Assembly (NCBI GenBank): GCA_965207885.1
Contig: OZ242311.1
Coordinates: 5,088,001-5,152,000 of the forward strand
Length of the DNA: 64,000 nt
Origin: Candidatus Latescibacterota bacterium
GTDB taxonomy: Bacteria; Latescibacterota; UBA2968
Reading direction: 5' to 3'
Shown here piece after piece: positions 1 to 8,751 of the stretch. Both the position numbers and the translations under genes were made by a program. Numbering within the stretch: position 1 is the first letter of the stretch; every line of letters starts with the position of its first letter. Under the pieces are notes generated by a model. That model did no database searches. It was given only the letters and a program-made list of their open reading frames with translations, and was not told the origin of the DNA.

Positions 1-303
1 CCCTCAGAACCCATCCCTTCAGAAAACACCCTGACGTTCTATGCCCAAGGCTTGTCAAAAGAGGACGCCCTCACAGTTGACATCAACGGCACCAAAATCC
101 CATCTCAAGATCTGAAATGGACCTGGCCTGATAACGACCAACCCCCATCGTGTACAATCGCGTTATCAAACCCGCCATTTATTTATGGCGACAACCACCT
201 GGGACTGACCATCTCAAAATCTGCGGAGAACATCAAAGAAGATATCGTCGTTGATCACATAGAATGCGGGATCCGATCTCATTCCCAGACAGACGACCAA
301 TAG
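1..303 (+). CDS. C-terminal part of a hypothetical protein (5' partial)
   Basis: Frame is open from base 1 (PSEPIPSENTLTFYAQGLS...) to TAG at 301-303; no recognisable motif. Confidence 0.6.
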   Translation, partial: PSEPIPSENTLTFYAQGLSKEDALTVDINGTKIPSQDLKWTWPDNDQPPSCTIALSNPPFIYGDNHLGLTISKSAENIKEDIVVDHIECGIRSHSQTDDQ

Positions 304-456
304 CCTGCGGACAAATACAGAATGCAAAACGCCCCGGTAGAAGTGTTTCTTTTTTTCCACAAGAGATGTATCTTGACTTCAAGAAATTTTAATAATATCC
401 TGAAGAAAGACCCATAGATCCTGCAGTCATCTGCGCCACAACAGAAAGGACAAGAC

Positions 457-876
457 ATGGATACACAACCAGGCAGACAAGATCGGACTACATACCCGAT
501 ACAAGACGATGTGCGATTGGAAGTCTATTGGCGGAACGACCGCGCGGGTTACGGTCCCGCGGCGTCTGTGTATGCTTACAACCAGGAGGTTTTGCGTCTG
601 GACTGCTTTGGAGAGGCAAAAAAACACGGCGGGAAAGGTCACTGCCACATCAACCTGAAACAGACCCGGGCAAGGCAATGGATGTACCCTCCCGGAACGG
701 TTCGAGACCATATCGGGCACGCGATGCACGATCTGACACACAACCTGCGTTTTTGTCTCACGACAAATGTGGATGAAAGGATACAGCAAATCGAGATCGA
801 CCAGGAAACACTACAACCGATTGCCCAGGAGGTTGAAGCAAAAATGCTGGCATTTGCAGACAAGCTCGACTTATAA
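457..876 (+). CDS. hypothetical protein (139 aa)
   Basis: AAGGA RBS upstream of ATG; EVLRLDCF...GHCH resembles a small conserved LRFDCF..HxH hypothetical family. Confidence 0.7.
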   Translation: MDTQPGRQDRTTYPIQDDVRLEVYWRNDRAGYGPAASVYAYNQEVLRLDCFGEAKKHGGKGHCHINLKQTRARQWMYPPGTVRDHIGHAMHDLTHNLRFCLTTNVDERIQQIEIDQETLQPIAQEVEAKMLAFADKLDL

Positions 877-883
877 TCAGGCG

Positions 884-920
884 TTCCTTGCGGCTCTGAG
901 AGGGGCTGCAAGGAATATTT
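884..920 (+). terminator. putative intrinsic terminator hairpin
   Basis: TTCCTTGCGGCT / GGCTGCAAGGAA stem right after the stop at 876; only a weak T tract. Confidence 0.4.
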
Positions 921-974
921 GATCGAATTCTCGAAACGCTATTGCAGAAACATCTCGAATAACCGGAGCGTACG

Positions 975-2420
975 ATGGGCACCCTGCACGGACATATTAT
1001 TGACAGCGCGACCGGCGAACACATCAACGCCAAAGTACACGTCCTGACCGCCAACGGTCGTTTTTGTCACCCGCGCGATGCCATGCTCAAACGCGGCCCC
1101 GGCACACCCTTCTTCTTCTGCGATGGCGAATTTGAAGTTCAAGCCTCGCGCGGGCGCACCGACATATTGGTCGAACGCGGCACGGAATACGAACCCGTCC
1201 GCACCGTGGTCGAAATGCCGGAAAACGGCGTCAAAGACGTCGAAATCACCCTCAACCGCTGGTATATCCCGCAGGAAAACAACTGGTATCCGGGCAACAC
1301 ACACATCCACTACGACGAAAAAGAAACCCGCCCCGACGACCGACTCGCCATTGACTGTAGCGTGGAAGGCTACAACGTCACCGTCGTAAGCGTCCTCGAC
1401 AGAAGACAACTCCCCTACGCCAGCAACAAATATCCCATCGGCGTGATGAACGAATTTACCACCGCACATCACGTACTCGACATCGGCGAAGAAAACCGCC
1501 ACTACGGCGAAAACTCGCCCTGGGGGTTCGGATATGGACACGTCATGTTCCTCAACATCCGCAACCTCATCCAACCCGTCAGCCGCGGCCACATCCTCAC
1601 AGCGCAATTCGACCCCGACTATCCCCCCCTGTGCTTTTGCTGTGACGAAGCCCGCGATCAGGGCGGCATTGTGATATGGTGTCACAATGGTCGCGGCATG
1701 GAAGCCCCCATTGCCGCGGCACTGGGCAAACTGGACGCCTTCAACCTCTTCGACCCCTTCTGGATGGACCCCGAATACGACCTGTGGTACAAACTGCTCA
1801 ACTGCGGCATCGCCTTGCCCGCCTCTACCGGCACCGACTGGTTCGTCTGCTCCAACAACCGCGTCTATGTCAACACCAGAGGCGCGTTCTCCTACGAAAA
1901 CTGGATAACCGGTATGAAATCGGGCAACACCTTTATCACCAATGGTCCCGCTATTGACCTGAACGTAAACGACCACCCCATGGGCGCCACAGTTGAATTG
2001 CCCTCTGGCGGCTCGCTCGACATAGAATCCACATTCACGTCCTATTACCCCATTCACTGCGCCGAAATCGCGATGAATGGCCGCATCATTCATAGGGAAA
2101 ACTATCCCGAAGGCAAACGCGAAGGCGCCATTCGCCATCGGGTCAATATCGACCGCGACGGCTGGGTCGCAGCCCGGCTCTGGGGCAACCAGCGCGACAG
2201 CTTTGACCAATCGATCTACGCACACAGCAGTCCGGTTTATTTTGCCTGCGGCCGTCCACCTGCCGAACGCAACGAATCCGCACAGTATTTTCTCAACGGT
2301 ATCGAAGACGCGCTCAAATGGATCGACACCTATGGTCGTTACAACACCGACCAGCAACGTGAAGAAGTCATAGACCTGTTCCGACAAGGACGAGAGGCGT
2401 ATGCGAGTCTGATAAATTGA
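975..2420 (+). CDS. CehA/McbA-family (PHP-like) metallohydrolase
   Basis: N-terminal carboxypeptidase-regulatory-like segment; GNTHIH, CHN, GTDW, GNTFITNGP and AHSSPVY motifs. Confidence 0.8.
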   Translation: MGTLHGHIIDSATGEHINAKVHVLTANGRFCHPRDAMLKRGPGTPFFFCDGEFEVQASRGRTDILVERGTEYEPVRTVVEMPENGVKDVEITLNRWYIPQENNWYPGNTHIHYDEKETRPDDRLAIDCSVEGYNVTVVSVLDRRQLPYASNKYPIGVMNEFTTAHHVLDIGEENRHYGENSPWGFGYGHVMFLNIRNLIQPVSRGHILTAQFDPDYPPLCFCCDEARDQGGIVIWCHNGRGMEAPIAAALGKLDAFNLFDPFWMDPEYDLWYKLLNCGIALPASTGTDWFVCSNNRVYVNTRGAFSYENWITGMKSGNTFITNGPAIDLNVNDHPMGATVELPSGGSLDIESTFTSYYPIHCAEIAMNGRIIHRENYPEGKREGAIRHRVNIDRDGWVAARLWGNQRDSFDQSIYAHSSPVYFACGRPPAERNESAQYFLNGIEDALKWIDTYGRYNTDQQREEVIDLFRQGREAYASLIN

Positions 2421-2447
2421 AAACCCCGAACAAGAAACCACAACACC

Positions 2448-3248
2448 ATGACCGAAGACGAAAAATATCTCTTTGACCTCAACGGGTATCTCGTCGTTGA
2501 AAACGTTTTAACCGAAGACGAACTCGCCCTGGCTAACGAAGCGGTTGATCGCCACCTCGACAAGGGGCGTATCCGCCCGAGAGAACAGCGTCTTGACGGC
2601 GACTCACCAGCCCTTGAAGGCACGCATGGTCGCGGCGAACTCGGCAGCCTCATCCACTGGGACGAACCCTGGTGCAACCCCTTCCGCGACATGCTGGCGC
2701 ATCCCCTCATTGTGCCCTATCTCAACGAAATACTCGGCAAAGGCTTTCGCATCGATCACCAGATGTTCCTGCTCTGGATGAACAAAGGTGCCGAAGGCCA
2801 TCGCTTCCACGGCTCCTCTGGACCCGGATTTGACCCCAACCAATATTACATATTCAAAGATGGCAAAATGCACAACGGCCTCACCGTCGTCTCCATCCAG
2901 CTCACAGATGTCAACGCAGGCGACGGCGGCCTCTCCCTCATCCCGGGATCGCACAAAAGCAATTATCCCTGTCCTCAAGAAATGCGCCTGTATCAAAAAC
3001 ACCAGGAACACATCCGCCAGATCACCTGTAAGGCAGGCGACGCAATCATCTTCACCGAAGCCGTCACACACGGCACCCTGCCCTGGAAAGCGGATCATCC
3101 GCGACGGTCAACGCTTACCCGCTACACCGCCGGCAACATGGCGTATGTACGCGCCTACGACATACCCGAATGGGCAAACGAACGGCAACGCGCAGTCATG
3201 GAACCGCCCTATCACACGCGGCTAAATCGCCCAACACTCGAAGAATGA
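2448..3248 (+). CDS. phytanoyl-CoA dioxygenase (PhyH)-family Fe(II)/2OG enzyme, HxS variant
   Basis: FDLNGYLVV start, IPGSHKS, KAGDAIIF..HG, distal R; FHGS where HxD is expected. Confidence 0.85.
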   Translation: MTEDEKYLFDLNGYLVVENVLTEDELALANEAVDRHLDKGRIRPREQRLDGDSPALEGTHGRGELGSLIHWDEPWCNPFRDMLAHPLIVPYLNEILGKGFRIDHQMFLLWMNKGAEGHRFHGSSGPGFDPNQYYIFKDGKMHNGLTVVSIQLTDVNAGDGGLSLIPGSHKSNYPCPQEMRLYQKHQEHIRQITCKAGDAIIFTEAVTHGTLPWKADHPRRSTLTRYTAGNMAYVRAYDIPEWANERQRAVMEPPYHTRLNRPTLEE

Positions 3249-3284
3249 TCAAGTCTGGGCATCCTGCGAAAGAGCACATCCCGT

Positions 3285-4607
3285 ATGAAACCAATCACGA
3301 GAAGAGCACTCATCCGTTCCGGCCTTGCCTGTTGTGCGATCGCCCCATGGTTAAAAACTCTGATAGCGAGCGCCAACACTGGCCAGCTTGAACCACAAAC
3401 AAGGAGGCACACCATGACACGGACATCATCTGGCGTCACCGACACCGAGATCATACTCGGTGTATCCGCCGCGTTCTCTGGTCCATCCCGGGGGTTGGGC
3501 ATCGAACTGTATCGCGGTGCCAGTGCGTATTTCACACACATCAATCAGCAGGGAGGCATATCGGGACGCAAAATAGTTCTCAAAACCTATGACGACGGCT
3601 ACCAGCCCGACCCCTCCGTCAAAAACACCTTGCAATTGATGTTGGAAGACGAAGTGTTTTTGCTCTTCGGTTATGTCGGAACGCCCACCGTAACCCGCGT
3701 GCTCCCCATGCTCAAAAAGTTCCAGGACAAAGACATCTTTTTATTCTTTCCATTCACTGGCGCGCAACCCCAGCGAGAACCGCCTTATGGCGACTTCGCC
3801 TTTAATCTGCGCGCCTCCTACCGCCAGGAAACCGCTGGTCTCGTGGATAATTTTATCCGCATCAACCGAAAACGCATTGCCGTATTCTATCAAGCCGATG
3901 CTTATGGTCGCAGTGGATGGGCAGGCGTAAGAAGTGCCTTAAAGCGTCACGGAGAACAAATAGTGGGCGAAGCCACGTACCGCCGCGGAGAAAAATTCAC
4001 CGGCAGCATGCGAAAACAGGTCGAAATACTGAAAGCATCAGACCCAGAAGCTGTGATCTGCATCGGAGCCTATGCGGCTTGTGCGGCCTTTGCGCGCGAC
4101 GCCGTCAACCTCGGCCTGCGGGTTCCAATTGCCAACCTGTCCTTTGTCGGAAGCGAAAACCTCTTAAAACTCCTCACCGAAGGACAGGACAACAGCGACT
4201 CATACACGCAACTGCTCGTAAACTCCCAGGTCGTGCCCAGTTATGAAGAAACATCCACGCCAGCGATCCAGGAGTACCGCGAAATGATGCAACAATACGC
4301 CCCACAACCACCCGAAGAACTGGTAAAAGAAGACTACACACCCTTCGCGCACAGCTTTGTTAGCCTCGAGGGATTTCTCAACGCCAAATTAATGGTTGAA
4401 ATTCTGCGACGCCTCGACGACAACCCGCAGCGAAACCAGCTCGAAGACGCGGTCTTCAGCATTCAGGATTTCGATCTGGGCATCGGCGAACAGGTCTCTT
4501 TTGGTCCAGACCGACGGCAGGGCCTACAGCGAGTCTATTACACAGTTGTCGAAAACGGCCGTTTTGTCACACTGGATAACTGGGAAGACAGGTTTGGCAT
4601 AAAATGA
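3285..4607 (+). CDS. type I periplasmic (LivJ-like) substrate-binding protein
   Basis: GVTDTEIILG, GGISGRKIVLKTYDDGYQP, GYVGTPT motifs; twin-arginine-like TRRALI leader. Confidence 0.85.
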   Translation: MKPITRRALIRSGLACCAIAPWLKTLIASANTGQLEPQTRRHTMTRTSSGVTDTEIILGVSAAFSGPSRGLGIELYRGASAYFTHINQQGGISGRKIVLKTYDDGYQPDPSVKNTLQLMLEDEVFLLFGYVGTPTVTRVLPMLKKFQDKDIFLFFPFTGAQPQREPPYGDFAFNLRASYRQETAGLVDNFIRINRKRIAVFYQADAYGRSGWAGVRSALKRHGEQIVGEATYRRGEKFTGSMRKQVEILKASDPEAVICIGAYAACAAFARDAVNLGLRVPIANLSFVGSENLLKLLTEGQDNSDSYTQLLVNSQVVPSYEETSTPAIQEYREMMQQYAPQPPEELVKEDYTPFAHSFVSLEGFLNAKLMVEILRRLDDNPQRNQLEDAVFSIQDFDLGIGEQVSFGPDRRQGLQRVYYTVVENGRFVTLDNWEDRFGIK

Positions 4608-5323
4608 AAATCAAAAAACTCTTTCAAAAAACGCGGTTCGGCATCTTCGCGCTATTTGGTATAATCAGCCTGTCAACATCCGCCTTGTGTATTTATACGG
4701 TCGATACGCACTTGTCGGAGGAATACGAGAACAACAGCAAGAACATCGCGAAGACCATCGCCGACTCCAGTGTCGATATTCTCTTAAATCGGGACCTCGC
4801 AGCTCTGCAGTCGCTCATTGATCAATTTGTCGAAATCCAGAGCATCAAATACATCTATATTACAGATGAATCAGGTGAATTTCTCGCCCACACATTTGTG
4901 CCTGGCATTCCCGAAGTCATTCGAACAGACGACCCATTTAAGACAGAAGCCATAGAACGCAACCTGCCCGGAATGGGCGATTTCGTGGAAGTGGGCAGTC
5001 CGATTCTGGCGGGCATTGCCGGCACGGTTCACGTGGGCATGGACACGGGGCTGATTGCGCTTAAAATTCAAAGAGCAATCGGAAGGCAGGTCTATCTCAT
5101 CTGCATCATACTCGTGGTCGGCTTCTTTGCTGCGATATGGCTCGTCAACCTCGCGGCGAATCCCCTCGGCGATCTCCTCGCTTATGCAGTGGGTCGCGCG
5201 CGCGGTGAAGAAGGGACCTCGGACGAAAAATTGCTATCGCGCGACGACGAGGTCGGATACCTCGCCAACCTCTTCTTCTATGTTTCTGAGGGTAAAGAGA
5301 CGAATAGACGAATAGACGAATAG
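4604..5323 (+). CDS. membrane sensor-like protein (TM-sensor domain-TM-HAMP-like) with no output domain
   Basis: Two hydrophobic segments and a NPL...RDDEVGYLA HAMP-like tail; ATGA overlap with the upstream stop. Confidence 0.7.
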   Translation: MKIKKLFQKTRFGIFALFGIISLSTSALCIYTVDTHLSEEYENNSKNIAKTIADSSVDILLNRDLAALQSLIDQFVEIQSIKYIYITDESGEFLAHTFVPGIPEVIRTDDPFKTEAIERNLPGMGDFVEVGSPILAGIAGTVHVGMDTGLIALKIQRAIGRQVYLICIILVVGFFAAIWLVNLAANPLGDLLAYAVGRARGEEGTSDEKLLSRDDEVGYLANLFFYVSEGKETNRRIDE

Positions 5324-5390
5324 ACGAACTCCGCCCTACCACCCAAAGTTGTTACAAACTCCGTCGTTGATTCGTTGATTCGTTGATTCG
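5298..5390. repeat. two opposed 8-bp tandem arrays: (AGACGAAT)x~4 and (TCGTTGAT)x~3.4
   Basis: Arrays at 5298-5329 and 5364-5390 are imperfect reverse complements. Confidence 0.85.
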
Positions 5391-5407
5391 CCACTGGACA
5401 CATAAAA

Positions 5408-6709
5408 ATGGCAAAACGGGAAATACAGATTCCGCGTTCAGTCATCGCGCTCTTATGCACGCTCCTGCAACTCTGTTTCGGCACCGTGTACGCGTGGAGC
5501 TTCTTTCAAACGCTTCTGGTCAGACAACTCGGCTGGACGTTCACAGAAACCGCATGGGCTTTTAGTATCGCGATCTTTTCACTCGGCACATCCGCAGCCT
5601 GGGCAGGTGCGACGCTACCGCGGTTCGGACCCCGAAAACTCGCAGTCGCGGGCAGCATCATGTTTTCCGGTGGTTATATGATCGCAAGCCTTGCCCTTCA
5701 TCTGGACTTTATCCCACTCTTTTACCTGGGATACGGCGTTATCGGCGGTGCCGGAATTGGACTTGGCTATGTGACGCCGGTTGCAACTGCGGCAAAATGG
5801 TTTCCCGATCGCAAGGGTCTGGTGACAGGCATCGTCGTGATGGGATTTGGCGTGGGTGCATTTCTCTTGAGCAAAATTTTGGCACCCTTTCTCGTACTGC
5901 GCACAGAATCGGATCTGCCCCTTGTCTTCTTGTGGCTCGGCATAGTATTTGCCTGTATCCTCTTGCCCTCCAGCTTTGTGTTGAGCGATCCCAAAACCGC
6001 AGCTATACCCGCTGTTGCCGACGATGACCCCATGGAATTCGAAGACACCGTCGCGCCCTATCTGCGGTCTTCTGAATTTGTCCTCATGTGGATCGTATTT
6101 TTTTGCAACATCGCCGCGGGCATCTCTGTCATCAGCTTTCAGTCAGAACTCCTGCAAGAAGTTTGGGGATTTGCAGATCCATCTCTGGAACCGATGACAC
6201 TCGCCGAATATGGAGCAACTTTGATCGCCGTCAGTTCTCTGTGCAACGGCGTGGGGAGGCTGTTCTGGGGATTGCTATCGGATCGCATCGGTCGCGTTGG
6301 CGTCTTCAGAATCTTACTCGCCAGCCAAATGATCGTCTTCGGTATCTTGATGACGGAGCGCAACCCCTGGATCTTTTCCGCGCTCGTTTGTTATGTTCTC
6401 TTGTGCTTTGGCGGCGGCTTTGCCACAATGCCATCTTTTGTTCTCGACGTTTTTGGCAGCAAAAAAATGTCCACAATCTACGGGGCAATCCTAACCGCCT
6501 GGGCAGCAGCGGGAATCTTTGGACCGCTCTACGTGGGATACCTGAAAGACGAATACCCCGACCGCGCAGTCATCTATTGCTTCTTAATCGGAATTTTTAT
6601 GCTCGGCCTCGGGTACGTCTTCTCCTATTTGTTAAACGACGACCACATTCGCCTTAGTAGGCCAACGCTGGAAAGCACCCTGCGCCAGTATGGCATCTTA
6701 CCCCGATAA
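5408..6709 (+). CDS. OFA-family (oxalate:formate antiporter-like) MFS transporter
   Basis: LQLCFGTVYAWS, AKWFPDRKGLVTG, GRLFWGLLSDRIGR; about 12 TM segments. Confidence 0.88.
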   Translation: MAKREIQIPRSVIALLCTLLQLCFGTVYAWSFFQTLLVRQLGWTFTETAWAFSIAIFSLGTSAAWAGATLPRFGPRKLAVAGSIMFSGGYMIASLALHLDFIPLFYLGYGVIGGAGIGLGYVTPVATAAKWFPDRKGLVTGIVVMGFGVGAFLLSKILAPFLVLRTESDLPLVFLWLGIVFACILLPSSFVLSDPKTAAIPAVADDDPMEFEDTVAPYLRSSEFVLMWIVFFCNIAAGISVISFQSELLQEVWGFADPSLEPMTLAEYGATLIAVSSLCNGVGRLFWGLLSDRIGRVGVFRILLASQMIVFGILMTERNPWIFSALVCYVLLCFGGGFATMPSFVLDVFGSKKMSTIYGAILTAWAAAGIFGPLYVGYLKDEYPDRAVIYCFLIGIFMLGLGYVFSYLLNDDHIRLSRPTLESTLRQYGILPR

Positions 6710-6721
6710 TGAGGAATACAC

Positions 6722-7711
6722 ATGTCTGAACTTCCACAACCAACCGAAGACCTCGCACAGGTCAAAACACAACTCGACACCTACGGGTATGGCCTGCTCG
6801 CCAACGCGCTCGATGCAGAAGACCTCTCAAAAATAAAAACCCGTCTAAAAGAACAAGCCCTTGCCGAAAAACAACGCGGGCTTGCATTTGAAGACGGAGG
6901 TGCAAAACAAAACTGGGGGGATTTTAGGAATAAAAACGGGCAGGTACGCGCAGGGGCGTTTACACAATCGGCGGGAGGTATCAACCAGCGCGTGTGGATG
7001 CTAATCAACAAAGGTCGGGTATTTCAAGACATGCTATTACACCCAGGGGTTCGCAACATCATAGATCACGCACTGGGCAATGATTATTTGCTATCGAGCC
7101 ATTCGGCCAACATCGCCAAACCCGGCGGCGTTCCCATGCGCCTGCACACAGACCAGTGGTGGATGCCCATGCCAACGCGCGCAGACCGAATGCATTTGCC
7201 CGCAGGCTCTATCACCCGCGAACAAACAGACGAAACCGATACCGCATCCATCTGGCCCCGCGTCGTCATCAACGTAGTATGGATGATCGGCGACTTCACA
7301 GCAGAAAACGGCGGCACCCGCATCGTCCCCGGCAGCCACCTGTGGGGACGACGCCCAGACAACCCCGATGACAACGCCATCGAAACAGTCGCCCTCGAAG
7401 GTCCAGCCGGCACAGTTGGATTCCTCGACGGACGCATCTGGCACGGCACGGGAGCCAATATAAGCGATCAACTGCGCTGGGCCATACTCACCACATTCTG
7501 CGGTCCCCAATTCCGTCCGCAGGAAAATTTTACCATAGGCACAGTTCCCGAAGTCCTCGCCGAGGCATCGCCCGATCTTCTCTCTTTACTCGGATTCAAA
7601 GTGTGGAATGCCTACGGGCGTGTCGAAAGCCCAGCCGTAGAATATATCCAACCTGGAGAACAATCCCTGGGAGAACTGCGCCCCAACCTCACATCTGGGA
7701 GAAACCCTTAA
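6722..7711 (+). CDS. PhyH-family Fe(II)/2OG dioxygenase
   Basis: LHTDQ (HxD), FTAENGGTRIVPGSH, IWHGTGAN..R. Confidence 0.88.
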   Translation: MSELPQPTEDLAQVKTQLDTYGYGLLANALDAEDLSKIKTRLKEQALAEKQRGLAFEDGGAKQNWGDFRNKNGQVRAGAFTQSAGGINQRVWMLINKGRVFQDMLLHPGVRNIIDHALGNDYLLSSHSANIAKPGGVPMRLHTDQWWMPMPTRADRMHLPAGSITREQTDETDTASIWPRVVINVVWMIGDFTAENGGTRIVPGSHLWGRRPDNPDDNAIETVALEGPAGTVGFLDGRIWHGTGANISDQLRWAILTTFCGPQFRPQENFTIGTVPEVLAEASPDLLSLLGFKVWNAYGRVESPAVEYIQPGEQSLGELRPNLTSGRNP

Positions 7712-7735
7712 ACGCGCAGCTTTGTCAAAATAGGT

Positions 7736-7822
7736 AGGGGGCGAACGGTTCGTGGTGGGCCGCCTGACATTGGTCGGTGGTGCGGGCAACCGCACAGGGT
7801 TCGAGTCCCTCGCCCTCTGCCA
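7736..7822 (+). ncRNA. tRNA-like element 1 (8/4 allo-tRNA/tRNA-Sec-like fold, 4-nt loop instead of an anticodon loop)
   Basis: Acceptor AGGGGGCG/CGCCCTCT; D stem CGGTTC/GGGCCG with GG loop; arm CTGAC-ATTG-GTCGG; variable arm GTGCGG-GCAA-CCGCAC; T arm AGGG-TTCGAGT-CCCT; GCCA end. Confidence 0.8.
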
Positions 7823-7843
7823 AAAAAATAACAGCATAAATGC

Positions 7844-7936
7844 AGGGGGTGAACGGTCCAAGGTGGGCCGCGGGCAGCAAAACACAAGCCCGCGTGCGAA
7901 TTTTCGCATGGGGTTCGAGTCCCCCTCCCTCTGCCA
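7844..7936 (+). ncRNA. tRNA-like element 2 (8/4 fold, 12-nt loop instead of an anticodon loop)
   Basis: Acceptor AGGGGGTG/CTCCCTCT (one T.T mismatch); D stem CGGTCC/GGGCCG; arm CGGGC-AGCAAAACACAA-GCCCG; variable arm GTGCGA-ATTT-TCGCAT; T arm GGGG-TTCGAGT-CCCC; GCCA end. Confidence 0.8.
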
Positions 7937-7938
7937 GC

Positions 7939-8712
7939 CTACCCAAACATCTCTTTTGCAAACGCCAAATTCTTCTCTCCCGATGCGATAGGATCAGCAC
8001 CTCCGGGCGTTTCAAAAATCAGCCAACCCTCATAACCGATCTGTGCAATCGCATCTCGACACGCGGGAAAATCCACATCGCCCTCGCCCAGATCAGAACG
8101 CCGCGTATCTTTAATATGAATCAATTGTGTGTGTTCAGGTAAAGTAACGAGCATATCTACCGAATCGTACCCGTATTGCAGTGCATTCGCCGTATCTTGA
8201 TACACCCCCACCATCTCAGACCCCACACCATCGCAAATCGTTCTCAACAACCCCGGTGAAAAACTCGTCTCCAGAGCAACCTTAATACCCTCGTCTTCAG
8301 CGACAGGGGCACATCGTTTCATATCCTCAATCAACAATTCTGCATGCGCGCTCGACATATCGAGATTCTCCCCATCGAAATACGGGAGTAAAATACCGAC
8401 TCCCCCCATCCCCTTACATGCGCGAATCGCCTTTTGTACAAGCTCCACCACGCGATCGCGCACAGCCTCATCTTCCTCATTCCCCTTGTATTCTCGAAAC
8501 AGGGCAAAACTGATAGAACACGCTTGCGCGCCCGTCTCCTCAACCCATCGTCCAACCTCCTCCCGGCCCGCCGCGCTCAAAAGCCAATCCAACCGCTCCT
8601 CCTCTCGCAGCACAATCTCCACCCCATCAAACCCGATATCCCCTGCTGTGGCAAAAGCATCTTTTCCCCAATCCATATTCAGACTCGCATTGCGAATCCC
8701 GTACAAAAACAT
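7939..8712 (-). CDS. sugar phosphate isomerase/epimerase (xylose isomerase-like TIM barrel)
   Basis: GFDGVEI, VALET, YQDTAN, IHIKD, LGEGDVDF, GYEGWLIFE; start moved to the ATG at 8712. Confidence 0.85.
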   Translation of the reverse strand: MFLYGIRNASLNMDWGKDAFATAGDIGFDGVEIVLREEERLDWLLSAAGREEVGRWVEETGAQACSISFALFREYKGNEEDEAVRDRVVELVQKAIRACKGMGGVGILLPYFDGENLDMSSAHAELLIEDMKRCAPVAEDEGIKVALETSFSPGLLRTICDGVGSEMVGVYQDTANALQYGYDSVDMLVTLPEHTQLIHIKDTRRSDLGEGDVDFPACRDAIAQIGYEGWLIFETPGGADPIASGEKNLAFAKEMFG

Positions 8713-8751
8713 AGCAAATCCTTTCGTGAATGTTGTGTGTAGTATCAACCT

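Noticed and set aside
939-2441. 500-aa antisense ORF, and similar long shadows at 15945-17033, 20264-21310 and 26238-27284
   Set aside because: They lie opposite well-supported genes and have no motifs; expected from codon bias
5298-5390. CRISPR array
   Set aside because: 8-bp tandem units without spacers; no cas genes anywhere in the window
7736-7936. Calling the elements tRNA-Sec, tRNA-Ser/Leu, tmRNA or Y RNA
   Set aside because: No UCA or any 7-nt anticodon loop; 8/4 rather than 8/5 or 7/5 geometry; too short and no tag ORF for tmRNA; no Ro60/rsr gene in the window
7586-8142. Short ORFs overlapping the tRNA-like pair (7586-7909, 7725-8015, 7752-7991, 7840-8142)
   Set aside because: No recognisable motifs; better explained as chance frames across a GC-rich structured RNA and real neighbouring genes
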